From positions 30,833-94,832 of the forward strand of contig NZ_DFUE01000030.1 of assembly GCF_002379585.1 (NCBI RefSeq): a stretch of 64,000 bases of DNA, read 5' to 3'. The stretch is from Pseudomonas sp. UBA4194 (lineage in GTDB: Bacteria > Pseudomonadota > Gammaproteobacteria > Pseudomonadales > Pseudomonadaceae). A program made the position numbers and the translations under genes. Below are positions 9,440 to 18,021 of the stretch, piece by piece. The stretch's first letter is position 1. The number at the start of each line of letters is the position of its first letter. The notes beneath the pieces were generated by a model, which saw only the letters and a program-made list of their open reading frames with translations, was not told the origin of the DNA and ran no database searches.

Positions 9440-11248
9440 TCATTTGAGCTGACGTTGGCTGTCGCGGCTGCTCAACCGGTTCGCCAGCAACAGCACTACA
9501 GCGATCAATGCCAGCAGCAAGGTGGAGACGGCGGAGAGCAGCGGGTTGACCTGTAGGATCGCGCTGTCCCACATCTGCTTGGGCAGTGTGGCTTGCATGC
9601 CACCACTGACGAACAGCGACAGGGTCAGCTCGTCGAACGAGGTCACGAAGGCGAACAGGAAGGCGGCGAGCAAGCCGCCGCGCAGCAGGGGCAGGGTCAC
9701 GTAGCGCAGCGCGCGCCAGCGGTTGGCGCCCAGGCTCCAGGCAGCGTTGTCGTAGCGCTGGTCGTAGTTCTTCAGCACCGCCATCACGCTGACCACCACA
9801 TAGGGCACAGCCAGAATGGTGTGGCCCAGTACCAACCCGGTGACGCTGCCAATCAACGCCAGTTTGGAAAACAGATAGAACAGCGCCACGGCGATCACGA
9901 TGCGAGGCAGGATCAGCGGCGATAGCAGGAACGCCAGCACCAGGGCATTGCCACGCTTGAGCCCGCGCATCAGGCCGAAGGCTGCGGGCGTACCGATCAG
10001 CATCGACAGCAGCGCGGTGAGCAAGGCGACCTGCACCGAGCGCAAGGTGGCAGCAACCCACGCCGGCGACTCCAGATAGGCTTCGTACCACTGCCAGCTG
10101 AAGCCCTTGGGCGGCCAATCCAGCACCGAGGTTTCAGTGAAGGAGATGGGCACCATGACGAAGGCCGGGGCCACCAGGAAAAACAGAATGACCAGCACCA
10201 CCAGCCACAGGCACCAGCGGCCCACAGGCCGACGCCGACGGGTGGGTGATGTTCCTGCCAACGGTGACAGCAGCCTGATCAGCAGGTCGCTTGCCCGGCC
10301 CAGCGCCGCCAGAATGACATTGCCAACGCGGGACAGCAGGCGCGAGCCGCCGGCTTTGCTTGGGGTATGTGCACCACCGGCCAGGGTCGACATGCCGAAG
10401 ACGCGGTCGTACACCAGAAACACCACCAGCACAGCCACCAGCAGCAGGACCGACAAGGCCCCGGCGAACTCCCAGTTCAACATCTCCTGCACCTGCTGGA
10501 TGATCAACTGCGGCAGCATGATGTCCCGTGGGCTGCCGAGCAGGGCGGGGGTGATGAAAAAGCCCAGGGCGGTAATGAATACCAGCAGGCCCCCGGCTGC
10601 CACGCCAGGCATCGACAACGGAAAGTAGATGCGCCAGAAGGTGCTACCGGGTGGTGCGCCCAGGGTCATCGATGCACGTGACAGGTTCGCGTCGATGTTG
10701 TCCAGCACCGAGAGCATGGTGATCACGCACAGGGGCATCAGGGCATGCAGCATGCCGATCATCACCGCGCTGAAGTTGTACAGCAACTCAGCGGGCGCGT
10801 CGGTCAGGCCCACTGCTTGCAGCCATTGGTTGAACAGCCCGTTGCGCCCCAACAGCACGATCCAGGCGAAGGTGCGTACCAGAAAGCTGGTCCAGAACGG
10901 CAGCATCAGCCAGAACATCAGCCGGGCACGCGTCTTGTTCTGAGTGGTGGCGATCAGATAGGCCACGGGGTAGCCGAACAATACGGCAAAGAGGGTGGTC
11001 CAGCCGGCGCACTGCAGGGTGATGACCAGCACTCGCCAGTAGATATCCCGCGACAGCAGGCGGTCGTAGTTGTACAGCGACAACTCGCCCTTACGGACAA
11101 TGCTCAGGCCCAGAAACTCGGCGACCGGGTACACCATCAGCAGCATCAGAAACAGCACTGCGGGCAGGACCATCATCCACGGTTTGAGGCGAAAGGGTCG
11201 GCGCATGGATGCCTGGGCCAGCCCCACTTCCAGGGTGGCCTGAGTCAT
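9440..11248 (-). CDS. ABC transporter permease, fused PotB/PotC-like double domain
   Basis: Two permease modules (PFWTSFLVRTFAW...ASMTLGA; SPLILPRIV...AAWSLGA...FVTSFDE); start MTQATLE overlaps the ATPase stop. Confidence 0.88.
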   Translation of the reverse strand: MTQATLEVGLAQASMRRPFRLKPWMMVLPAVLFLMLLMVYPVAEFLGLSIVRKGELSLYNYDRLLSRDIYWRVLVITLQCAGWTTLFAVLFGYPVAYLIATTQNKTRARLMFWLMLPFWTSFLVRTFAWIVLLGRNGLFNQWLQAVGLTDAPAELLYNFSAVMIGMLHALMPLCVITMLSVLDNIDANLSRASMTLGAPPGSTFWRIYFPLSMPGVAAGGLLVFITALGFFITPALLGSPRDIMLPQLIIQQVQEMLNWEFAGALSVLLLVAVLVVFLVYDRVFGMSTLAGGAHTPSKAGGSRLLSRVGNVILAALGRASDLLIRLLSPLAGTSPTRRRRPVGRWCLWLVVLVILFFLVAPAFVMVPISFTETSVLDWPPKGFSWQWYEAYLESPAWVAATLRSVQVALLTALLSMLIGTPAAFGLMRGLKRGNALVLAFLLSPLILPRIVIAVALFYLFSKLALIGSVTGLVLGHTILAVPYVVVSVMAVLKNYDQRYDNAAWSLGANRWRALRYVTLPLLRGGLLAAFLFAFVTSFDELTLSLFVSGGMQATLPKQMWDSAILQVNPLLSAVSTLLLALIAVVLLLANRLSSRDSQRQLK

Positions 11249-12339
11249 GCGGCCTCCTGGGTCGGCGTGGCGGGCAGCAGCACCGTATCCGAGGGATGCC
11301 AGACCACCCACACGGCCTGGCCGGGCTGACTGGTCAGGCCCTGCTCGAAGGTCAGCCCGGCCACCATCAAGGTTGCACCGCCGGCAGTGGTGATCAACGA
11401 CCGCGTGACGCCGCCGGTGAAGATCACCTCGGTCAACACCCCCTGTATCGAGTTCAGGCCAGGTTCCGGTGCACTGGCCAGGCGCATGCGCTCGGGCCGC
11501 ACCATCCAGTTCAGCGGGCCGCTATGAGCGCCGACCGCGTGCAAGGAACCGCCCAATTCTGCACTGCTGATGGTCACCAGGGCCTCGCCCTGACTGACCG
11601 CCTGGCCGGACAGGATGTTCGATTCGCCCAGGAAGTCGGCGGCGAACACGGTGCGGGGCCGGAAGTACAGATCATTGGGCGTACCAATCTGCTCGATATG
11701 GCCATGGTTCATCAGGCAGACCCGATCCGACATGGTCAGGGTTTCTTCCTGATCGTGGGTGACGTACAGAATGGTCGTGCCCAGCTGCTTGTGCAGGCGT
11801 TTGATTTCCAGCTGCAGTTGGTCGCGCAGCTTCTTGTCCAGAGCGCCCAGAGGTTCGTCCATCAGAATGATGCTGGGCTGGTAGACGATGCAACGTGCCA
11901 GGGCAATGCGCTGCTGCTGGCCACCCGAAAGCTCGCGCGGATAGCGCTGGGCGACATGGGGCAGTTGCACCAGCTCCAGAACGTCCCTGACCTGCTTGTC
12001 GATCTGTGCCGAAGGATGCCGACGCATGCGCAGCGGGAAGGCAATGTTCTCGGCAATGGTCAGGTGCGGAAACAGGGCATAGCTCTGGAACACCATGCCG
12101 ATGTCCCGCTCGTAAGGCGGCGCATAGGTGGCCAGTTGACCATCTATCCACAAGTTGCCACCGTCCGGTTCCATGAGTCCGGCAACCATCATCAACAGGG
12201 TGGTCTTGCCCGATCCCGAAGGACCCAACAGGGTAAGGAACTCGCCCTGACGCAGCTCCAGGCTGGTTTCCTTGAGTGCGACGAAAGAGCCAAAGCGCTT
12301 GTGCACGCCATCGACCCGCAATTTGATCGTTGTTGCCAT
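11245..12339 (-). CDS. ABC transporter ATP-binding protein (PotA-like)
   Basis: GPSGSGKT, LSGGQQQR, LMDEPLGALD, VTHDQEE. Confidence 0.95.
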   Translation of the reverse strand: MATTIKLRVDGVHKRFGSFVALKETSLELRQGEFLTLLGPSGSGKTTLLMMVAGLMEPDGGNLWIDGQLATYAPPYERDIGMVFQSYALFPHLTIAENIAFPLRMRRHPSAQIDKQVRDVLELVQLPHVAQRYPRELSGGQQQRIALARCIVYQPSIILMDEPLGALDKKLRDQLQLEIKRLHKQLGTTILYVTHDQEETLTMSDRVCLMNHGHIEQIGTPNDLYFRPRTVFAADFLGESNILSGQAVSQGEALVTISSAELGGSLHAVGAHSGPLNWMVRPERMRLASAPEPGLNSIQGVLTEVIFTGGVTRSLITTAGGATLMVAGLTFEQGLTSQPGQAVWVVWHPSDTVLLPATPTQEAA

Positions 12340-12359
12340 AACGTCATTCCTCAGCGCGG

Positions 12360-13451
12360 TCAGCCCAGAATCCATTCATTGAACTGGTCCAGGGCTTCGC
12401 TCTTGTTCTCGGCCCAGTAGTCGTTGTCGATGCCGATACCCAGCTTGATGTTGTCCGGGTGGGTGGCCAGGTCGCGGGCGCGGTCGGCGGGGATGTACTG
12501 GAACGCCTCAGGCTGGGTCGGACCGTTCATGACGTACTCGGTCAACTTGGCCTGACGCTTGGCGTCGCAGGCAAAGGCGATGAACTGGCGACACAGGTCG
12601 GCCTTCGGCGTGCCCTTGAGAATCGCCCACACATCGACACCCCAGATGTGCTGGTTCCAGGAGATCGCCACCGGCGCCCCGGCGTCCCGCGCAGCCAGGA
12701 TACGGCTGGCCCAGGTCGGCATCATGTCCACTTCGCCGCTGCTGAACATCTGCGTGGCCTGGGCACCGGAGGTCCACCATGCGGCAATTTCGGGGCGGAT
12801 CTTGTCCAGTGAAGCGAAGGCGCGGTCCAGGTCACAGGGGTACACGGCATCGGGCGCTACACCGTCGGCCATCAGGGCTTGCTCGACACTGTCGAAGGGG
12901 TATTTGCGTAAACCACGACGGCCTGGAAATTGCTCCGCGTCCCAGAACTCCTTCCACGAGTTGGGGACCTTCTTGACCTTCTCGGTGTTGTAGCCGATGG
13001 CCGTGGAGTAGATGTCCGAGCCGATGGCATAGGGGGTACGGTATTGCGCTGGAATGGTCTTGATGACCGGGTGGTCGTCGAGCTTGTGCGCCTCGATCAG
13101 CCCGGCGGCCGCCAGTTGGTTGATACTCGACAGGCTCATGGAGCCGCCGATGTCCCAGGTGTAATTGCCGGTTTCGACCATGCTGCGGATTTCGGCGGTG
13201 GGCTCGGCGGCCGACGTGATGCCGACCACTTCGATGCCGGTCTCTTTGAAGAAGGGGTCGAAGAACGTCTCCTTGAAGCCCTGGGTCCAGTTGCCGCCCG
13301 GATCGCGAATCATGATGCGCTTGCTTTCGGCCCGCGCGGAGCCGATGAAGTAGGGCGCTGCGGCGATACCGACACCGGCCACACCCACTGTCTTGAGGAA
13401 CGATCGGCGTGAACTTCCCATGCTTTCGGACCCTTTGCTCGTGTCAGACAT
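12360..13451 (-). CDS. ABC transporter substrate-binding protein (PotD/opine-like) with Tat signal
   Basis: SRRSFLK twin-arginine motif; PNSWKEFWDAEQFPGRRGL, ALMADGV, DLDRAFASLDKI. Confidence 0.9.
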   Translation of the reverse strand: MSDTSKGSESMGSSRRSFLKTVGVAGVGIAAAPYFIGSARAESKRIMIRDPGGNWTQGFKETFFDPFFKETGIEVVGITSAAEPTAEIRSMVETGNYTWDIGGSMSLSSINQLAAAGLIEAHKLDDHPVIKTIPAQYRTPYAIGSDIYSTAIGYNTEKVKKVPNSWKEFWDAEQFPGRRGLRKYPFDSVEQALMADGVAPDAVYPCDLDRAFASLDKIRPEIAAWWTSGAQATQMFSSGEVDMMPTWASRILAARDAGAPVAISWNQHIWGVDVWAILKGTPKADLCRQFIAFACDAKRQAKLTEYVMNGPTQPEAFQYIPADRARDLATHPDNIKLGIGIDNDYWAENKSEALDQFNEWILG

Positions 13452-13470
13452 TCCGATCTTGCCCTATAAA

Positions 13471-13488
13471 AATTCTCGTATAGTAATA
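13471..13488 (-). promoter_or_regulatory. Putative XRE-cupin operator, copy 2 (TATTACTATACGAGAATT on minus strand)
   Basis: Near-identical to 7765-7782; lies between the divergent SBP and FAD oxidase genes. Confidence 0.6.
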
Positions 13489-13586
13489 ATCTTGCCTTTT
13501 AGTGGATGCAAGAGTTATTTTTGTGGAATGCAAGCGCTGGGCCACAATGCCGTCAGCCTGGGCCATGGGAATTTCGAGGAGCTGTC

Positions 13587-15005
13587 ATGCCAAGCAATGC
13601 GTTCATAGAAGCGGCACGGGCCATCGTCGGTCCTGCCAACCTGCTGACCGAAGCCGAGGATCTGCAGGGCTTCGTCAATGACTGGCGGGATCGCTACCAA
13701 GGGCTTGCCTGCGCGGTGGCGCGCCCGGCCAGCACGTCGGAGGTGATGGCGCTGATGCGACTGTGCGCCGAGCACGGCGTGCCGGTGGTGCCCCAGGGCG
13801 GCAACACGGGCCTGTGTGGTGCGGCCACTCCCGATGCCTCGGGCACTGCATTGGTGCTGTGGCTGGGCCGCTTGAATCGGGTGCGCGAATTCAACGAGGT
13901 GGACGGTTGCATAGTGGTAGAGGCCGGTGCGGTGCTACAGCGGATTCAGGAACTTGCCCGCGAGCACGGCTATTTCTTCCCCATGAGCCTGGGGGCCGAA
14001 GGCAGTTGCCAGATCGGTGGCAATATCTCCACCAACGCCGGTGGCACGGCGGTGCTGCGCTACGGTCCGATGCGCGATCTGGTGCTGGGGCTGGAAGTGG
14101 TATTGGCCGATGGCACGCTGTGCAATTGGCTGACCCCGCTGCGCAAGAACACCACCGGCTACGACCTCAAGCACTTGTTCATCGGTGCCGAGGGCACGCT
14201 CGGCATCGTCACGGCCGCCTCCTTGAAAGTATTCCCGGCGCCGCGTCAGCGAGAGTCGGCGATGGTGGCGTTCCAGGAGGTCGAGTCGGCGCTGACCCTG
14301 TTGATCGGCCTGCGCAAACAACTGGGCGACCGTTTGCTGTCCTGCGAGTTGATCAACCGCGCCCAGGTGCAGACCGTGCTGACGCACATGCAGGGCCCTA
14401 CCTGGCCGATGGCGGCAGTGCCGCCGTGGGCGCTGATCATCGAGGTTACTGAAACCCTGGACAGCTACAGCCTGCGCGAGGCCCTGGAGCAGTTGCTTGG
14501 GCAGGCGCTGGAAGATGGAGTGATCGAGGACGCGGTATTGGCGTCATCCAACGCCCAGCAGGAGGCGATGTGGAGTGTTCGTCATAGCGTGTCGGAGGCG
14601 AACAAGCGAGCTGGCTACGGAGTCACCCACGACACGGCGGTGCCCCTGAGTGGCCAGGCGGTGTTCGTGCGCAGTGTGGAAAAGCGCTTGGCCGAGGAGT
14701 TCGCCGATGGTCAGATGCTGGTCGTCGGGCATATCGGCGACGGCAACCTGCATGTGATCCATATGCTCGATCCGGCCGCGTACCCGGGTGATGCCCTGAA
14801 ACAGGCCGCTGTGCGCATCAATCGAATCGTCGATGAGGAAACCTTGGCGCTGGGCGGAGCCATCAGCGCGGAGCATGGCATCGGCCAAAGCAACAAAGCG
14901 CGCCTGGTGCACAGCAAAGGCCAGACGCAGATTGACCTGATGCGCCGGGTCAAGGCCGCTCTGGACCCAGAAGGGCGGCTCAATCCCGGCAAAGTGATGG
15001 ACTAG
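13587..15005 (+). CDS. FAD-linked oxidase (D-2-hydroxy-acid/D-2-hydroxyglutarate dehydrogenase-like)
   Basis: PQGGNTGLCG, GSCQIGGNISTNAGG, LRKNTTGYDLKHLFIGAEGTLG, GHIGDGNLH, SAEHGIG, LNPGK. Confidence 0.92.
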   Translation: MPSNAFIEAARAIVGPANLLTEAEDLQGFVNDWRDRYQGLACAVARPASTSEVMALMRLCAEHGVPVVPQGGNTGLCGAATPDASGTALVLWLGRLNRVREFNEVDGCIVVEAGAVLQRIQELAREHGYFFPMSLGAEGSCQIGGNISTNAGGTAVLRYGPMRDLVLGLEVVLADGTLCNWLTPLRKNTTGYDLKHLFIGAEGTLGIVTAASLKVFPAPRQRESAMVAFQEVESALTLLIGLRKQLGDRLLSCELINRAQVQTVLTHMQGPTWPMAAVPPWALIIEVTETLDSYSLREALEQLLGQALEDGVIEDAVLASSNAQQEAMWSVRHSVSEANKRAGYGVTHDTAVPLSGQAVFVRSVEKRLAEEFADGQMLVVGHIGDGNLHVIHMLDPAAYPGDALKQAAVRINRIVDEETLALGGAISAEHGIGQSNKARLVHSKGQTQIDLMRRVKAALDPEGRLNPGKVMD

Positions 15006-15008
15006 GGG

Positions 15009-16274
15009 CTAGGCTGCCGGCGCAGGACGGCCCGCAGCAAAGCGCGCTGTCAGTTTCGCCGCGGCCACCTTGAACGCGGCCGTCATTTCCAGCACCACGC
15101 CATCGCTGTGCTCGAACGACAGGTACAGACGGCCGAACACCGATGGCATCACCAGCAGGCCGGCCTGGCGCAGCGCCAGGTGCAGTGCCGTGCTGAACTC
15201 GGCATTGGCAAACGCCAGGGCCTGGGCGTAGTTCGCTGGCGGCTGAGGCGACGGCCAGAGGGAGAAAACGTTGCCATAGCCACTGGTACTGACCGTGATG
15301 CCTTCAGCGCGGAAGATATCCACGATCGCCTCACGCAGACGCTCGCCACGGGCGATGAGCTGGACGTAGTCGGCGTTGTCCAGCAGGTCCAGCGTGCTCA
15401 TCACCGCCGCGCAGGCCATGGGGTTGCCGCTGAAGGTCCCGCCGCGCTGCACACGGCCCTCCTCGAAACCGGCGAGAATGTGCGCCTTGCCGACGATGGC
15501 CGACACCGGCACACCATTGCCGATGGCTTTGCCGACGCTGGCGATGTCCGGATCCAGCCCAGCCTGATGGCTGGCCAACCCTGCGCTCTGCCGGAAGCCC
15601 ATCAGTACTTCATCACTGATCAGCAGTGCGCCATGGGCGCGGGCCACTTTTTGCACGTGCTCGAGATAGCCCGGCGCCGGCATGATGCAGCCGGCATTGG
15701 CCAGCATGGGTTCAAGGATCACCGCAGCGATGTCAGGGTCTTCGTCGAACAGGCGTTGCACGTCGTCGAAGTCGTTAAAGCGCAGCAAAGTGGTGCGTGG
15801 GGTGGAGGGGCGCTGCTGGTCGCTGAAGCACGCTTGGCTCGAGTTGACATTGCCGAAGCTGACGTCATCGAACCAGCCGTCGAAGCCGGCGGCCATCTTG
15901 GCGATCTTGCCGCGTCCGGTGTAGGCACGGGCGGCGCGGCAGGCCAGGTGTACGGCTTCGCTGCCGGAGTTGGTAAAGATGACCTTGCTCAGCGCGCCGG
16001 TGTGCGCAGCCAGTGCCGAGGCGGCAGCGTGTTCGCGGGCATGGGCCCAGGAGGGTGCTGCCGAATCGCCCAGGGCAATGGCGACCTGAGCATTGACACG
16101 TTCGTTGGCGTGTCCCAACAGCACGGCGCCAAACCCCAGGGCAGTGTCGATGTAGCGACGGCCCTGGACATCCCACAGGTAGGCCCCCTTGCCGTTGCGA
16201 ATGAACAGGGTTTCGCCGTCCAGGTCGGGGAGAATTCGGGCGGCACTGGAAACATCGCCGATCAGGTTGTGCAT
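15009..16274 (-). CDS. Class III PLP aminotransferase (glutamate-1-semialdehyde aminomutase-like)
   Basis: GAYLWDVQGRRYID, FTNSGSEA, AVILEP, LISDEVLMGFR, SVGKAIGNG, GGTFSGNP. Confidence 0.9.
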   Translation of the reverse strand: MHNLIGDVSSAARILPDLDGETLFIRNGKGAYLWDVQGRRYIDTALGFGAVLLGHANERVNAQVAIALGDSAAPSWAHAREHAAASALAAHTGALSKVIFTNSGSEAVHLACRAARAYTGRGKIAKMAAGFDGWFDDVSFGNVNSSQACFSDQQRPSTPRTTLLRFNDFDDVQRLFDEDPDIAAVILEPMLANAGCIMPAPGYLEHVQKVARAHGALLISDEVLMGFRQSAGLASHQAGLDPDIASVGKAIGNGVPVSAIVGKAHILAGFEEGRVQRGGTFSGNPMACAAVMSTLDLLDNADYVQLIARGERLREAIVDIFRAEGITVSTSGYGNVFSLWPSPQPPANYAQALAFANAEFSTALHLALRQAGLLVMPSVFGRLYLSFEHSDGVVLEMTAAFKVAAAKLTARFAAGRPAPAA

Positions 16275-16348
16275 GAAAGCCTCGGTATCGTGTTCTTTGA
16301 AGGCCCGTCGGGCCCATGAAGTCGTTTATGCCGCCGCTGGGGTGACCT

Positions 16349-17254
16349 TCAACGGGTGTTCCAGGGACGGCTCGCCAGCTTGTGTTCGAGAAAATCGCGG
16401 AACACTCGAATCCGCGGACTCAGATGCTTGCGGTTGGCGTAGATCATGTAGATCGGTTCGTCCGGGTCGTGGGCGTATTGTTCGAGCAGTGGCACCAGGC
16501 GTCCCTCGCGGATGTCCTGACCGATATGAAACTCGGCCAGGCGTACGATCCCCGCGCCCTCCAGGGCCAGGTCGCGCTGCAGGTCGCCCTGGGCAAACGT
16601 TGCCTTGGGCACTACCGGCACGGTGATGCTCTGGCCGTCGATGAGGAAGCTCCAGGTATTCCACGCGCTGCTGAAGCCGAACGTGAAGCAGGTGTGCTCC
16701 AGCAGTTGCGCAGGATGCTCAGGTGTTCCGTGGCGGGCCAGATAGTCGGGAGAAGCGCAGATGATCCAGCGGCTCTGGCCTATCTTGCGGGCGATGCGCG
16801 TCGAGTCCGGCAGCACGCCGCTGTGGATGGCCATGTCCAGGCCCTGGTCGAACTGGTCGTTGAACTGCGCCCCCACCTGAATATCCACCGTCAGCCCTGG
16901 GTAGGCCGCCATGAATTCCGGCAGCCAGGGAATGATCTGGTGCTTGGCGAAGGTGGTCATGGTGTGGATGCGCAGCATGCCGCTGACCCGCGTTGGGAAG
17001 GCTTCGGCCAGCGAGTCGGCTTCGGCCATGGCATTGATCACGGCGCGGGCGCTGACCAGGTAGGCCGAGCCTTCGTCGGTCAGCGTCAGGCTGCGGGTGC
17101 CGCGCTGGAACAAGCGCACCTGCAGGCGATCTTCCAGCCTACTGATCAGCTTGCTGATGGCCGACGGGGTCATGTCGTAGGCACGTGCCGCAGCGGAAAA
17201 ATTGCCGTGCTCGGTGGCCCATAGAAACGCCAGCAACTGTGAGTAATGATCCAT
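16349..17254 (-). CDS. LysR family transcriptional regulator
   Basis: MDHYSQLLAF...GNFSAAAR...TPSAISKLISRLEDRLQVRLFQRGTRSLTLTDEG. Confidence 0.92.
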   Translation of the reverse strand: MDHYSQLLAFLWATEHGNFSAAARAYDMTPSAISKLISRLEDRLQVRLFQRGTRSLTLTDEGSAYLVSARAVINAMAEADSLAEAFPTRVSGMLRIHTMTTFAKHQIIPWLPEFMAAYPGLTVDIQVGAQFNDQFDQGLDMAIHSGVLPDSTRIARKIGQSRWIICASPDYLARHGTPEHPAQLLEHTCFTFGFSSAWNTWSFLIDGQSITVPVVPKATFAQGDLQRDLALEGAGIVRLAEFHIGQDIREGRLVPLLEQYAHDPDEPIYMIYANRKHLSPRIRVFRDFLEHKLASRPWNTR

Positions 17255-17339
17255 TTCCTGCCTCCCATGACTGAGCAGAAGACTGGCAGCCCGGGCTGGG
17301 CGTGGCAACCAGCCCGCTCGGCGGCGGGCGGCCGAATGC

Positions 17340-17876
17340 TCAGCGGATGAACTGCTCGATGTAATCATCCGGCAGCCCGAGGCTCTTGTAGTGCGCCCGT
17401 GCGGCCTCCAGCTTGGTGAACACATCCTCGTAACCCACGGCCACGCCTTGGGGGTCGACGTAGGTATAGCCACCCTGCACATGAAACCAGGTGATCATCT
17501 CTTCCACGTCTTCGGGCACGAACAGCGTATGGGTCTCTCCCGGGGGCTCGAAGGCGAAGGAGCCTTGCTCGGCGATCCAGTCGTGTTCCAGATAGAACCA
17601 GCGGCCTTTGAGAACCAGCGCATGCACGCCGCCGGTATGCCGATGGCGGGACAGCACGCCGCTTTGGCGTACGCGCAGCAGGTTGATGTAGTAGCCGCCG
17701 GAGACGCTCAGCAACAGGGGTTTGAACGACACCGACTGGGTCACCGGTACCCACAGCGGATCATCTTCCAGCCAGGTGTCCAATACCCCCGCATGGACCA
17801 TGTCGGGAGACATGAACGGGACTTGCGGCAGTTGATAGGGAATGGCGAGTTCGTCGGGTTTCGAGGCTACGGTCAT
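17340..17876 (-). CDS. 2,4'-dihydroxyacetophenone dioxygenase family cupin
   Basis: LWVP...SFKPLLLSVSGGYYINLLRVRQSGVLSRHRH, WFYLEHDWIA..GSFAFEPPGETHTL, YEDVFTKL..ARAHY; start could be 17897. Confidence 0.85.
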   Translation of the reverse strand: MTVASKPDELAIPYQLPQVPFMSPDMVHAGVLDTWLEDDPLWVPVTQSVSFKPLLLSVSGGYYINLLRVRQSGVLSRHRHTGGVHALVLKGRWFYLEHDWIAEQGSFAFEPPGETHTLFVPEDVEEMITWFHVQGGYTYVDPQGVAVGYEDVFTKLEAARAHYKSLGLPDDYIEQFIR

Positions 17877-18021
17877 GGGGACTCCACGGTCAGTCATTGC
17901 GGGCTCCGGCGCTTTGCTTGGCCGGGTTGCAGCTAGGTTAGAGAGCGAGCGTGGCGGGAAAAAGGCGTCCGCGGGCACACTCGCTTTGACGGGCAGGCAC
18001 AGCGGATGCCCGGCGCGCTGC

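Noticed and set aside
6528..16319. Long ORFs 6528-7745, 11209-12420 and 15108-16319 (+)
   Set aside because: Antisense to well-supported genes, as is typical of high-GC codon bias
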